DNA of 64,000 nt. Source: an uncultured Verrucomicrobiae bacterium (GTDB lineage Bacteria > Chlamydiota > Chlamydiia > Chlamydiales > Rhabdochlamydiaceae). Position 1 is the stretch's first letter; each line of letters starts with the position of its first letter. Under the pieces are notes generated by a model that saw nothing but the letters and a program-made list of their open reading frames with translations, had not been told where the DNA came from and searched no databases. The stretch is from contig CAWFUG010000009.1 of assembly GCA_963818965.1 (NCBI GenBank), positions 160,001 to 224,000 of the forward strand. The letters are read 5' to 3'. Below are positions 1-10,191 of the stretch, in pieces. The position numbers and the translations under genes were made by a program.

Positions 1-708
1 GCTCAGCACCTTGCTTTGGATCTAGATGGGAAAATCGTTGTTCCCCGCCACTTGAAGCATGTTAAGCTAGATATCGGATTATCTTATAATGCGCCTATAG
101 CGGGGTATTGGCTGGATCATGAAGAAGATCTAGTGGTATTCGGCTTTGAACCAAATCCTGCTGCTATAGAGGAAATTAAAAGGGGAGGTGTAAAAAAACG
201 CCCCTACCATGGGGAGCCTCTAGACCCTCGCTACATCGGCACCCGTTTTTTCCTAGTGCCTTGTGCTCTTGGATTGTCTACAGCGACGACAGTTCCTTTT
301 TATGTCACAGCAGCCGATTGCGGATGTAGTAGTCTCTATGAGCCTAAAGATTTCGAAGTAGCGGACATCATTGAAGTTCCTTTATTTTCTTTATCAGATT
401 TCTTCGATCGATTCCCCTTCGACACGCATCCCGTCATCGATTACATTAAAATCGATGCGCAAGGATCTGATCTTAATATTGTAAAAAGTGCTGGAAACTA
501 CTTATCGGAACGGGTTGTTTATATCACCCTCGAACCAGAAGATTTTGAGTATCGAAACACGGCAAATTCAGAAAGTGCTATCGAATACTATATGAACAGT
601 ATTGGGTTTATGAGACATCGTTCATCCCACACAGTAGATCCAACCTATATCAATATCCGCTTTTTACAATACGCAAAAGAGAACAACATCCAGATTTATC
701 AGTACTGA
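1..708 (+). CDS. FkbM-family SAM-dependent methyltransferase (probably 5'-truncated by window edge)
   Basis: Motifs LDIG, FGFEPNP and IDYIKIDAQGSDLNIVKS typical of FkbM (Methyltransf_21); frame is open from base 1, ORF track starts at TTG 16. Confidence 0.75.
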   Translation, partial: AQHLALDLDGKIVVPRHLKHVKLDIGLSYNAPIAGYWLDHEEDLVVFGFEPNPAAIEEIKRGGVKKRPYHGEPLDPRYIGTRFFLVPCALGLSTATTVPFYVTAADCGCSSLYEPKDFEVADIIEVPLFSLSDFFDRFPFDTHPVIDYIKIDAQGSDLNIVKSAGNYLSERVVYITLEPEDFEYRNTANSESAIEYYMNSIGFMRHRSSHTVDPTYINIRFLQYAKENNIQIYQY

Positions 709-732
709 GTGGCATTGTTGCTTAAATAGCTG

Positions 733-804
733 AATCTCACCACAGAGATGGAAAACCACAGAGAGGAAATTCATATTAAAAAATTTCCTCTCTGTGGTGA
801 GATT
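733..804. repeat. ACCACAGAGA-type intergenic hairpin repeat (family 2), copy 1
   Basis: aatctcaccacagaga...tctctgtggtgagatt inverted repeat with an internal second ACCACAGAGA unit. Confidence 0.85.
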
Positions 805-1000
805 GCATATATTCAGAATGGAATGATGGGGAGCTAGATTAGGTCCTCATGAATTCGGATTTTAATTAATGTTAATTAATAGTAGAACTTAAGCATAGTT
901 GCTGTCTATGTTAATTTTTTTTACTACATAATACGCATTAAAGATAGCTTAGGCTTAGTATTGAACATAAGTTGGTTGGGAAATCGACTTAAAAAATGTT

Positions 1001-3970
1001 TTAAATCGGTACGATGGGCAGTGCACGCCCTTCCGGGCTGAGCAAGACATTCTCTCGCTCGAGGAGCTCTTGGCCAGCGCAGCAGACGACGATCCCTTTT
1101 TCTTTTTGGGGGAGGAGCTCTTGTGTAACGACCCGCTGGAGGTCTTGGGTGGTGAGGGCGAAGAGGCGGTCGCGGTAGTCTTGGCGCATCTTACGCGGTT
1201 TGCCGTCCCGTTTCCAGCTGTAGGCTGTGATCGCTCGACTGCCAGGAGAGATCGGCGCATCGAACTGTTGGAGGATACCGAGTTTGGCTTCCTCGAGATC
1301 TTTGGAATCGAAGTGGCCAGAGGCGATTTCATCGATGGAATCGCGGAAGGCACGCAGGGTAGAGATCAGGTGGGGATCGCGGTAAGCGTGGAAGTAGAAG
1401 AGGCCCGTCATTGCATTGTAGCTCGCTCCGCAGCCGTAAGCTCCCCCTTGTTCTCTGATTTTGCGGTGTAGCACTTTGTTGTCGAAGAGCAGGGTTGAAA
1501 TCGTGAGGGCAGGAGAATGGGGATGCAGGTAAGGGGCTACCTTGAATGCTTCTGCAGTAAAGGCGACTTGTGATGAGATGGGGCGCGCTTGAGATTCTGG
1601 TTTAGGTAGAGAATAGTCGATGATCCACGGGGTGAATGACTTAGAGGGAACGAATTCTCCAAGGCCGTAGAAATCCCGCTTTTCTAAGTTTTGTAACATC
1701 CCTTCCGAGCAGCTTAAGACGAGATGGGGACGGTGAAAAGTCATGAGCTTTTCTGCGAGCTGGATGAGTTTGTCGATTAAGGGAGAGATGTCGGAAGAGA
1801 GGGCATGGCTGAGCTCTTCGATCAGTTTAAAGTAGCGCAGGCCGTACCAAGATTCGCTGATATAAGCAGCTTGCGAAAATCCTTTTAGGGCCAGTTGCAC
1901 CGCATAGCGTAGGCCTTGTCGATTGAGGCGATTGAGCTGACCATCGCGCAGTTGCAAAATGAGCTCTTTGATCCGCTCTTTTTCATCGAAGCGTGGTGCT
2001 AAGACAGTCTCCTTCATCAGCTGGAAGAGATGCTCCGCATTTCTGTAGAGGGCTTTTCCCCTTAAGTTGAAAGAAGGTTTGAAGAGGTTGTAATCGGATG
2101 CTTGGTGGTGCAAAGCGCAGGAAGCGCCGATTCCTCCTGTGTATGCTTGCATGAAGGAGAGGTTTTCTTCATAGGAGCGTTTTCCGCTACCGACTTCTGT
2201 GAGCAAAGAGGTGAGCAAATGGACGTAAGGCAGATCCGCATCTTCGATGTGAGAGAGATCGAAAATGAGGTCGGCGTAGAGGATCTGGTTAGTGAAGCAG
2301 TCGTGGTGGAAGACTTCGAGGTTTTTGTGACAGAGCTCTGTCAACGAAAGATCGCGCGCGAGAGGGGTGACGTCGTCGATGCTGACTTTGGGTAGGCAAT
2401 CGAGGGATTGCGTTTCCGTCGCCTTCTGAAATTCAGAGAGGTTTTCCGCTTGTTGGAGGATCTCTTCGATTTGGGGCTCTGTGAGATGACTTTCTCTTTC
2501 TTGCAGCTCTTTTTTTTCTGCGGCGATTTCTTCCGCCGAAAGATTCGCATCGGGGTGCATGACGAGGCGGACGGTGTGAGGGTTATCGAGGAAATACCGC
2601 TCGATGAGTCCAGGCAGGTATTTAGGATCTTTTACATTTTGCAGAAGTTTTTCAAAGAGAGTGTGTAGACCCAAAGAGTTCTCAGAAGGGCAGCCGTGTT
2701 GTTTGGCCAATGCAGAGCGCATGAACAGGGTCAAGCCAAAGGGGGAGTGATCTCCTGTGATCTCAGAGCGAGAGAGCTCGAGTTGATGGATTGCAGCGTC
2801 GATGAGCTCTTGAGGGATTCCTCTTTCTGCAATTGTGCGGAGTGTCTTTTTCAAAAAGCTCTCCAAGGCGTCGACTTTTTTTGCGTTACAGCCTTTACAG
2901 ACGAGAATATACGGCACTTCGCTCATCTCCGCATCCATGATGGCATCGGTCTGTACGCAGAGTTTTGATTGCAAGAGGGCATGGCGGAGAGGAGAGGCGT
3001 CTGTCTCCATGAGGATAGAGTCGAGCACGGAAAGGGCGAGGACCTCTTCTTGGTCCAACAAGGGTGTCGTGAGAAAGCCAAAGGCGACCGTCGTTCGGTC
3101 TTTCGTGGGCTCCGCTTCGTTCACAGGGTAGCGCATCTCTTTGTAGACGGGGGCTTTGAACCGTTTTTGTAAGGGGATGGGTGGAAGAGGCGGCAGAGCT
3201 TGGATGTTTTTCAGGGCGTTTTCAGCGAGGAAATCGAGGTGTTTTTTGAGAGGGAGATCGCCGTAGAAAAAGAAGAGGCACCGAGAGGGGTGGTAATAAG
3301 TCTTGTGAAAGGCGACGAGTTCTTCATAAGTGAGGTTGGGGATCTCACTCGGATCTCCTCCTGAATTGAAAGCATAGGGAAGATCAGGAACGAGCTCTTG
3401 CATTATCTTGTGCCACAGGCGAGAATCTGCCGAAGCGAGGCTTCCTTTCATCTCATTGAAGACGATGCCGCGGTGCTCCAGCGGGCTCTTGGGGTCCTTA
3501 GGGTTGCTGAATTCCAAACGGTGCCCTTCCTGCAGAAAGCTCATTTTTTTGAGTTCAGGATGAAAGACCGCATCGAGATAGACGGCAAGTAAGTTGTAAA
3601 AATCTTTTTCATTGAGCGAGGCGGCGGGGTAGCACGTGAAATCGGAGCCGGTTAGGGCATTCATAAAGGTATGCAGGCTGCGGCGACTCATAGCGAAAAA
3701 AGGGTCTTTGACAGGGAATTTTTTAGAGCCGCAGAGGACGGTATGCTCTAAAATGTGGGCAACTCCGTTAGAGCTCGAAGGAAGAGTTTGGAAAGAGAGG
3801 CAAAAGAGATTTTCAGGGTCGTCATTGGCGATGTGCATGACCGAAGCGCCTGAAGGAAGATGCTCTAACTCCTTGAGGGTGCAATTGAGCTCTTTGAGCT
3901 CTACGATTTTTGTCACCGCAAAATCGCCGTAGCGCTCTCCCAACCGATCGAAAAGATGTGTATCTGACAT
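1001..3970 (-). CDS. M16C insulinase-family zinc metallopeptidase (presequence protease PreP-like)
   Basis: HILEH inverted zinc motif, KDPFF, FMNALT, GIVFNEMKG, IREQGGAYG; 989 aa. Confidence 0.93.
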   Translation of the reverse strand: MSDTHLFDRLGERYGDFAVTKIVELKELNCTLKELEHLPSGASVMHIANDDPENLFCLSFQTLPSSSNGVAHILEHTVLCGSKKFPVKDPFFAMSRRSLHTFMNALTGSDFTCYPAASLNEKDFYNLLAVYLDAVFHPELKKMSFLQEGHRLEFSNPKDPKSPLEHRGIVFNEMKGSLASADSRLWHKIMQELVPDLPYAFNSGGDPSEIPNLTYEELVAFHKTYYHPSRCLFFFYGDLPLKKHLDFLAENALKNIQALPPLPPIPLQKRFKAPVYKEMRYPVNEAEPTKDRTTVAFGFLTTPLLDQEEVLALSVLDSILMETDASPLRHALLQSKLCVQTDAIMDAEMSEVPYILVCKGCNAKKVDALESFLKKTLRTIAERGIPQELIDAAIHQLELSRSEITGDHSPFGLTLFMRSALAKQHGCPSENSLGLHTLFEKLLQNVKDPKYLPGLIERYFLDNPHTVRLVMHPDANLSAEEIAAEKKELQERESHLTEPQIEEILQQAENLSEFQKATETQSLDCLPKVSIDDVTPLARDLSLTELCHKNLEVFHHDCFTNQILYADLIFDLSHIEDADLPYVHLLTSLLTEVGSGKRSYEENLSFMQAYTGGIGASCALHHQASDYNLFKPSFNLRGKALYRNAEHLFQLMKETVLAPRFDEKERIKELILQLRDGQLNRLNRQGLRYAVQLALKGFSQAAYISESWYGLRYFKLIEELSHALSSDISPLIDKLIQLAEKLMTFHRPHLVLSCSEGMLQNLEKRDFYGLGEFVPSKSFTPWIIDYSLPKPESQARPISSQVAFTAEAFKVAPYLHPHSPALTISTLLFDNKVLHRKIREQGGAYGCGASYNAMTGLFYFHAYRDPHLISTLRAFRDSIDEIASGHFDSKDLEEAKLGILQQFDAPISPGSRAITAYSWKRDGKPRKMRQDYRDRLFALTTQDLQRVVTQELLPQKEKGIVVCCAGQELLERENVLLSPEGRALPIVPI

Positions 3971-4199
3971 TGCCCCTGTCCTTATCTGATAAAAGATTTC
4001 GATTATAGAGGGCTGAGGGCTTTTTTTACTAGGTCAATGAGATCAGAGCCTGAGTGGGATAGGTTCAAAGGGGTAAATAAATTTATTGTCGCGTTTGGGG
4101 TTTTTAGTTAAATTTTTTATTTTAATTATTTAGATTAATTTAAGTTTATTGTATTGTTAGGAAAAACGAATTAAGTATTTGTGAAAATAAGGTGTTAGA

Positions 4200-5408
4200 A
4201 TGTTATCAGCAGATTTGAGAAGTTGTTTTGATTTAGTGCCTTCTTGTAAGGGATTTGATGATTATTCCCATCGGGTATTTCCTAGTGCTTGTAATGAGGG
4301 CGGAAAGGGAAAAACGCTGTCCGCACTATCGAGGCGGCCCGTATTAGGGGTTGACGAGGGGCATAATGCCGTTGTAGGAGTGGGTGGGATGTTTTTATTA
4401 AACATTGCTGCGATGAGAGGAGAAGGTTGCAAGGAGCTTTCTTCAAGAATCAGTTCTGTAATCGTGCTCGATCGAAGCTTGCGTATGGAAAAGTTTTGGA
4501 GCGCGGTTGCTGAGATTATCCAGAGCTCTGACAATAAAGAGACGGCATATGATAAAATTGATGAACTCTTAGAATGTAGAAAAGAAGAATTTTTTTCTGG
4601 GTATTCTAACGATCCTGAGATAGAGGCAAAGGAAATTCAATCTATTTTCGAGGAGGAAGTTTTTTATCTACAACGAGACAAGAATGAAAACATCTGTTGG
4701 TTGTCTACAAATGAACGATTTGAGAAAATTAAGATGATCTTCGAGTCTGGATGTTTTATTTTTAAAAGAGTGGATGTGTTTGGAGACCAAGGGCCTGCTT
4801 TAAGACGAGCGTTCATCTCCGCTAATGTGAAAATCGATACTCTTTATCTTTCTAATACATCTGAATACTGCACTTTTAATGGGGATAGAAAGCGTTCGCA
4901 ATTTTTACAATTTATCTCTTCTGTTTTGTGTAAAGAGACAATGAATCAAAATGCGAAAATTTGCTTCACAATTTACAGGGATTGTTTCCGTTGTTATCCT
5001 TTAAGGTTGAAAACAATCGAATTGACTACAAAAATTGTAGAGGCAAGGATGGCAAAAACGGGTGAAAGGGAAGAGAAAAGCGTACAACACTTCATTTCTC
5101 AAGTCGCTGTTGATTCAAAAGTGGAAATTTGCGACTTGAGTGGTCTCATCATCAATCTTGAGCAAAACTTCGATCAGATATTCACGATATTGCGGCGTAC
5201 ACAGATTGCATTAAGTAAAGAGGAACTCGAGGGACTATTAGTTTGTCTCAAAGAAGGTCAAGCGGTGTGTTTCAATGAAAATGACAACTGCGAAGGAAAA
5301 GAGAAAATGCGGACCCTCAAAAGTTATTTGTCACCCCAGATGTTAAGTTTCGCAGAACACGTATTCCAGCTGGTCTCTCCTCATTTAACTCGTTTCATAC
5401 GATATTAA
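4200..5408 (+). CDS. Hypothetical protein, AT-rich, inserted between preP and nrdB; candidate effector
   Basis: 402-aa ORF with very AT-rich upstream region; no family recognised. Confidence 0.6.
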   Translation: MLSADLRSCFDLVPSCKGFDDYSHRVFPSACNEGGKGKTLSALSRRPVLGVDEGHNAVVGVGGMFLLNIAAMRGEGCKELSSRISSVIVLDRSLRMEKFWSAVAEIIQSSDNKETAYDKIDELLECRKEEFFSGYSNDPEIEAKEIQSIFEEEVFYLQRDKNENICWLSTNERFEKIKMIFESGCFIFKRVDVFGDQGPALRRAFISANVKIDTLYLSNTSEYCTFNGDRKRSQFLQFISSVLCKETMNQNAKICFTIYRDCFRCYPLRLKTIELTTKIVEARMAKTGEREEKSVQHFISQVAVDSKVEICDLSGLIINLEQNFDQIFTILRRTQIALSKEELEGLLVCLKEGQAVCFNENDNCEGKEKMRTLKSYLSPQMLSFAEHVFQLVSPHLTRFIRY

Positions 5409-5429
5409 AAAACGACCTTGTTGCATAAA

Positions 5430-5468
5430 TGCAGAGGCGCAAAGAAAATATTAATTGCGTCTCTGCGT
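5430..5468. terminator. Hairpin between convergent genes (gcagaggcgcaa...ttgcgtctctgc)
   Basis: Imperfect inverted repeat between two convergent stop codons; resembles family 2 repeat units. Confidence 0.5.
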
Positions 5469-5474
5469 GATCTC

Positions 5475-6516
5475 TTACCAGGTTAACGAAGAGGAAGACT
5501 GGTATTCGGTCACTCGGGTTTCGAAGAAGTTCTTCTCTTTGCCGAGGTCGATCGTCTCGCTCATCCAGGGGAAGGGATTTTTAGAGCGGTAGAGAGCTTT
5601 TAGGCCGATGCGCTCGAGTCTTCTGTCTGCGACGTGTTGGACATATTCGCGGAACATCGGGGCGGTCAGGCCTAAGATACCTCTAGGGAGGCAGTCTTCG
5701 GCATAGGCGATTTCCAGCTCAACTGCTTGTTGGACTCTTTCGATGATGTGAGCTTGGAACTCAGGTGTCCAGAGATGGGGATTCTCCTCTTTGATCCCGT
5801 TGATCAGATCGATGCCGAAATTGAGGTGGATCGTCTCATCGCGCAAGATGTATTGGAATTGTTCTCCGACTCCCGTCATCTTGTTCTGGCGGTGGAAAGA
5901 GAGGATCATCACGAAGCCGCTGTAAAAGAAGATCCCTTCCATGATGATGTAATAACCGATCAGATTCTCTAAGAATTTTTGCGCTCCCTCAGGAGTTGAG
6001 GTGGTGAAGTCGGTTTTTAAGATATCTGCTGTCAACTCCATCTCGAAGCTGTCTTTATCGTGGATGGTGTTGATCTCATTGTACATGTTGAAGATCTCTC
6101 CCTGATCGAGGTTGAGAGATTCTACGATGTAGAGAAAGGTATGGGTGTGGATCGCCTCTTCAAACGCCTGGCGCAACAGGTATTGGCGCACCTCTGGGTT
6201 GGTGACGTGCTTGAAGATGGCAGAGGACGATGTTATTGCCCACTAGGCTCTCTGCTGTGCTGAAGAAGCCCAAATTGCGCATGATGACCCGTTTTTCATC
6301 TTCTGAAAGGGTGTTGGATTTCCAGAGCTCGATGTCTTTGGCCATGGAAACTTCTGTGGGCATCCAATGGTTGGCACAGCCGTTGAGGTAATGCTCCCAC
6401 GCCCACTTATACTTGAGGGGCATGAGTTGGTTGACGTCGACTTGATTGCAGTTAATGAGTCTCTTTTCTGAGACGTTAACTCGTCCTTGTATTTCTTGGT
6501 TCTGAGCATTTGACAT
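5475..6516 (-). CDS. nrdB: Ribonucleotide reductase beta subunit, class Ic (Mn/Fe) type, split by a +1 frameshift near 6222
   Basis: N-part MSNAQ...[15 protein letters not shown] and C-part [29 protein letters not shown]...EGIFFYSGF...RDETIH...[11 protein letters not shown] join if one base is removed from CTC-T-GCC; Phe at the radical-Tyr position. Confidence 0.9.
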
Positions 6517-6530
6517 AGTATTTTCCTTAC

Positions 6531-6606
6531 CTATCCCAGTAAAATTTTTCGTCGATTTTCGGCGCAAAATAATCCCGAAAATCGACGAAAAATTTTACTG
6601 GGATAG
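6531..6606. mobile_element. TA-bounded miniature palindromic element between nrdA and nrdB
   Basis: Perfect 32-bp inverted repeat ctatcccagtaaaatttttcgtcgattttcgg / ccgaaaatcgacgaaaaattttactgggatag with a 12-nt loop. Confidence 0.75.
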
Positions 6607-6612
6607 ATTCTG

Positions 6613-9600
6613 TTATTGGCAGCTTTCGCAGCCTTCTTCTAAATTACATACGATCGGTTTTGTCTCTTCCCGGTCGACTTGGATATTGCTCGATGCCGAT
6701 TTGTTCTTCATCCAACGCGGCTGTAAGCCTCGCTTATTGGCATCTGTGGTCGATTTCTCGATTTGGGTCGCTCCCAAGCTGCGCAGGTAGTAGGTCGTCT
6801 TAAGTCCCTTATTCCACGCGAGCAGGTACATCTGATGGAGTTTTTTGCCGCTCGGCTCTGCCAGATAGAGGTTCAACGATTGTCCCATGTCGATCCACTT
6901 TTGACGGCGGCTCGCGCATTCGATGATCCACTCTGGATCGATCTCAAATGCAGTCAAGAAGACTTGTTTGATCTCTTGTGGAATTCTTTCGATCTCTGCG
7001 ATAGAGCCGTCGAAATACTTGAGGTCATCGAGCATCTCTTTATCCCACATTTTGAGTTTTTTGAGTTGTTCGACGAGGTAGGTATTGGGGATCGTGAACT
7101 CACCAGAGAGGTTCGATTTCACAAAGAGGTGTTTGTACATCGGCTCGATCGATTGGGTCGGGCCCATGATATTGGAGATAGTAGCTGTCGGGGCGATCGC
7201 CATCGTATTGCTGTTGCGGATCCCATACTTTTGGATCGACTCTCTGACCTTGCTCCAGTCCATCGAGGAAGCGCGGTCCATGTGGATCGTCTCACCCCTT
7301 TCCTTTTCGAGTAGATCGATCGTATCGATTGGCAACAAGCCTCTATCCCACTTAGAGCCGCGGTAGCTCTCATAAGTGCCTCGCTCTTTTGCCAGTTCGC
7401 TGGAGGAGAGGAGGGCATAATAGGAGATCGTTTCCATGCAGGTGTCTGCGAATTGGACAGCTTCATGGCTGGCATAGCTCAAATTCAAGATATAGAGCGC
7501 ATCTTGGAAGCCCATGATTCCCATCCCGATAGGGCGGTGGCGCTGGTTGGCGTTCGCCGCTTCTTTCGTTGGATAGAAATTGATGTCGATTACGTTGTCG
7601 AGCATCCGGACTGCCGTTCGGATCGTCGTGCTGAGTTTTTTCTCATCGAGCCCTTGTTCTGTCATGTGTTCGATCAGATTGATCGAACCTAAGTTACACA
7701 CCGCCGTTTCCTGCTCATTTGTATTGAGGAGGATCTCTGTACACAGGTTGGAGCTGTGGATGACCCCGACGTGGTCTTGAGGAGAGCGGATGTTCGAAGG
7801 GTCTTTGAATGTGACCCAAGGATGGCCCGTTTCAAAGAGCATGCTGAGCATTTTGCGCCACAGCTGCATCGCTTCGATGCGCCTGTAGAGCTTGATTTTG
7901 CCTTCATCTGCGAGCTTCTCATACTCCTCATACCGTTTTTCGAAGGCAGCACCGCAGAGATCGTGTAGATCGGGTGTATCGCTCGGGCTAAAGAGGGTCC
8001 AATTTCCATTGGCATTGACCCGCTTCATGAAGAGATCGGGAATCCAGTTAGCAGTATTCATGTCGTGGGTACGTCTGCGCTCATCGCCTGTGTTTTTACG
8101 CAGCTCGAGGAAATCTTCGATATCTAGGTGCCAGGTCTCGAGATAAGCGCACATCGCTCCTTTCCGTTTGCCCCCTTGATTCACAGCGACAGCTGTGTCG
8201 TTGGCGACTTTTAGGAAGGGGATGACTCCTTGGCTCTTTCCATTGGTCCCTTTGATCATCGCTCCCGTCGCTCTGACATTCGTCCAGTCGTTGCCGATTC
8301 CCCCTGCGAATTTCGAGAGTTGAGCATCGTCTGAGATCACCTTGAAGATGTGGTGCAAATCGTCCTGAGTCGTCGACAGGAAGCAGGAGCTGAGCTGTGA
8401 ATGCATCGTCCCTGAATTGAAGAGAGTCGGCGTCGCAGAGCAGAACAGGAATTTAGAGAGAATGTCATAGAACTCGATCGCCCGCTCTGTCTTTTGTTCT
8501 TTTTCATTGAGAGCAAGCCCCATCGCGACGCGCATCCAGAAGATCTGCGGGGTCTCTAAGCGGATCTCTTCGTGGTGGATGAAGTACCGGTCGTAAAGAG
8601 TTTGAAGGCCCAAATAAGTGAATTGATCATCTCTTTGCAAAAGCATCGCATAGGAGAGTTTATCCAAATCGAACTCGAGGAGTTGTGGATCGATCCGATC
8701 GACGGAGATGCCGAACTTGAGGTACTGCTTGAAGTACTGGCGGTGTCTCGATTCGAGCTGAGGATCGGAAGCTCCCATCTGCATCGTCTCTTTGTAGAGG
8801 ATATCGACCAGAAGGCGAGCGGCTACTTTTGAGTAGGCGGGTTCGATTTCGATCTTCGAGCGAGCTGCCATCACGGTTGCCGATTCGATCTCATGCTCTT
8901 TAATTCCCTCATAGAAATTGGTAATCGCACTTTGGAGCAGCTCCTCTGCAGAGACGATTTCCTCGAGACCGCGACAGGAAAATTTGAAGCGTTGGTAGAG
9001 TTGCTCCTCTGAGATCACCTGAGTCGAGCCATCTCTTGCTACGAAATGGAACTGGCGCGCCTTCTTCTCTTCTTGGGGATGGGGATGCGCAAAGGAAGAC
9101 GACTCTTGTCCCAAAGAGGCCCTTTTTAGGATGAAGTACTTTGCGATGTCGAAGAATCCCTGCCGCATCAACTGCTGTTCGATCTCATCATCGATGAGAG
9201 CGGGAGTGAGGGTGTTCCCTGCTTTGGCAAGAGAGACGGCGCGGGCGACGACATCTTGCGTGAGCCGATTGACCGCTTCGACGATCTCTTCTGTTGCAGG
9301 ACCTTCGATCTGGCGCAAAAAGCGGAAAGCATCTTCGATCGAAGAGGTGATTTTCATCAGGTTAAAGCGTGCTACAGTTCCATCTTCGCGGAGGACTTTG
9401 AGGTTTTGGGGAGAATCTTCCCGCAGCGCTTTATGTTGGTCACGGTAGATGATGTAATCTCTTCCGATATCGTGGTATCCCGCTTTCATGAGACACACTT
9501 CGACCTGATCCTGGATCCCTTCTACGGTTAACGAGGCGCCTTTAGAGGCTAGCAGGAATAGATCGGCGATGACGAGGTCTGTGAGTTGATCGATGGTAGC

Positions 9601-9822
9601 GGAAATTTCTTTAGAGAGCTCTCCTGCCTTGCCGATTTTTTTCGTGTCCCGAAAGGCAGCTTCCAGAGCCTGAGAGATCCGTGCCTTGCGGAACGGGACC
9701 AACTGGCCATTGCGCTTTACCACGGTAAAAGATTGCATTTTATCGTCAATATTTTGCATCGATTGGATCGCAGAGGAAATCTCTTTTGCCGAAAGGGAAG
9801 GGGAGGAAGCGTTTCGAGTCAT
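6613..9822 (-). CDS. nrdA: Ribonucleotide reductase alpha subunit with repeated N-terminal ATP-cone domains
   Basis: VVKRNG ATP-cone start, ATPTLFNSG, SSCF, SSNLCTEI, VCNLGS, IAPTATIS, GLKTTYYLR, C-terminal CESCQ. Confidence 0.97.
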   Translation of the reverse strand: MTRNASSPSLSAKEISSAIQSMQNIDDKMQSFTVVKRNGQLVPFRKARISQALEAAFRDTKKIGKAGELSKEISATIDQLTDLVIADLFLLASKGASLTVEGIQDQVEVCLMKAGYHDIGRDYIIYRDQHKALREDSPQNLKVLREDGTVARFNLMKITSSIEDAFRFLRQIEGPATEEIVEAVNRLTQDVVARAVSLAKAGNTLTPALIDDEIEQQLMRQGFFDIAKYFILKRASLGQESSSFAHPHPQEEKKARQFHFVARDGSTQVISEEQLYQRFKFSCRGLEEIVSAEELLQSAITNFYEGIKEHEIESATVMAARSKIEIEPAYSKVAARLLVDILYKETMQMGASDPQLESRHRQYFKQYLKFGISVDRIDPQLLEFDLDKLSYAMLLQRDDQFTYLGLQTLYDRYFIHHEEIRLETPQIFWMRVAMGLALNEKEQKTERAIEFYDILSKFLFCSATPTLFNSGTMHSQLSSCFLSTTQDDLHHIFKVISDDAQLSKFAGGIGNDWTNVRATGAMIKGTNGKSQGVIPFLKVANDTAVAVNQGGKRKGAMCAYLETWHLDIEDFLELRKNTGDERRRTHDMNTANWIPDLFMKRVNANGNWTLFSPSDTPDLHDLCGAAFEKRYEEYEKLADEGKIKLYRRIEAMQLWRKMLSMLFETGHPWVTFKDPSNIRSPQDHVGVIHSSNLCTEILLNTNEQETAVCNLGSINLIEHMTEQGLDEKKLSTTIRTAVRMLDNVIDINFYPTKEAANANQRHRPIGMGIMGFQDALYILNLSYASHEAVQFADTCMETISYYALLSSSELAKERGTYESYRGSKWDRGLLPIDTIDLLEKERGETIHMDRASSMDWSKVRESIQKYGIRNSNTMAIAPTATISNIMGPTQSIEPMYKHLFVKSNLSGEFTIPNTYLVEQLKKLKMWDKEMLDDLKYFDGSIAEIERIPQEIKQVFLTAFEIDPEWIIECASRRQKWIDMGQSLNLYLAEPSGKKLHQMYLLAWNKGLKTTYYLRSLGATQIEKSTTDANKRGLQPRWMKNKSASSNIQVDREETKPIVCNLEEGCESCQ

Positions 9823-9832
9823 TTTTTTCTCC

Positions 9833-9910
9833 TACGAGCTGGGTGTAGAACTCGGGCGCCCAGCAAAAACTCAGGTTTGCTGGGCACTCGAGTTCCACAA
9901 CCGGCTCTTA
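9833..9910. repeat. TA-bounded imperfect palindrome in the nrdA leader
   Basis: tacgagctgggtgtagaactcgggcgcccagcaaa / tttgctgggcactcgagttccacaaccggctctta. Confidence 0.65.
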
Positions 9911-9958
9911 TTTTTAACCTAGAACGGTCAAAGGCCCCAGCGCTCACAGCGCTCGGGT

Positions 9959-10006
9959 ATACCACATGTTGTAGATCTTTGCTCGTATATACACCATATA
10001 TAGTAG
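9959..10006. promoter_or_regulatory. Tandem NrdR boxes upstream of nrdA
   Basis: ataccacatgttgtag (9959-9974) and acaccatatatagtag (9991-10006) match the acaCwAtATaTwGtgt consensus, 32 bp apart. Confidence 0.85.
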
Positions 10007-10191
10007 GTGTGGCCTAAATGTCCACAAAAATAAAAACGCCCCTTGGGAAATTTTTTTGGCCCCGCCGCAAGGTCCAAAAAATGAGACAATTAGTGTTTTA
10101 GCATTTGAAGTTCTCGTTAAGAAAGAGGGGAGGAGCTATTTTTTTGGTAGGAAAAATCCCCTCCTTTTGCAAGACTTAAGAGAGCAAAGGT

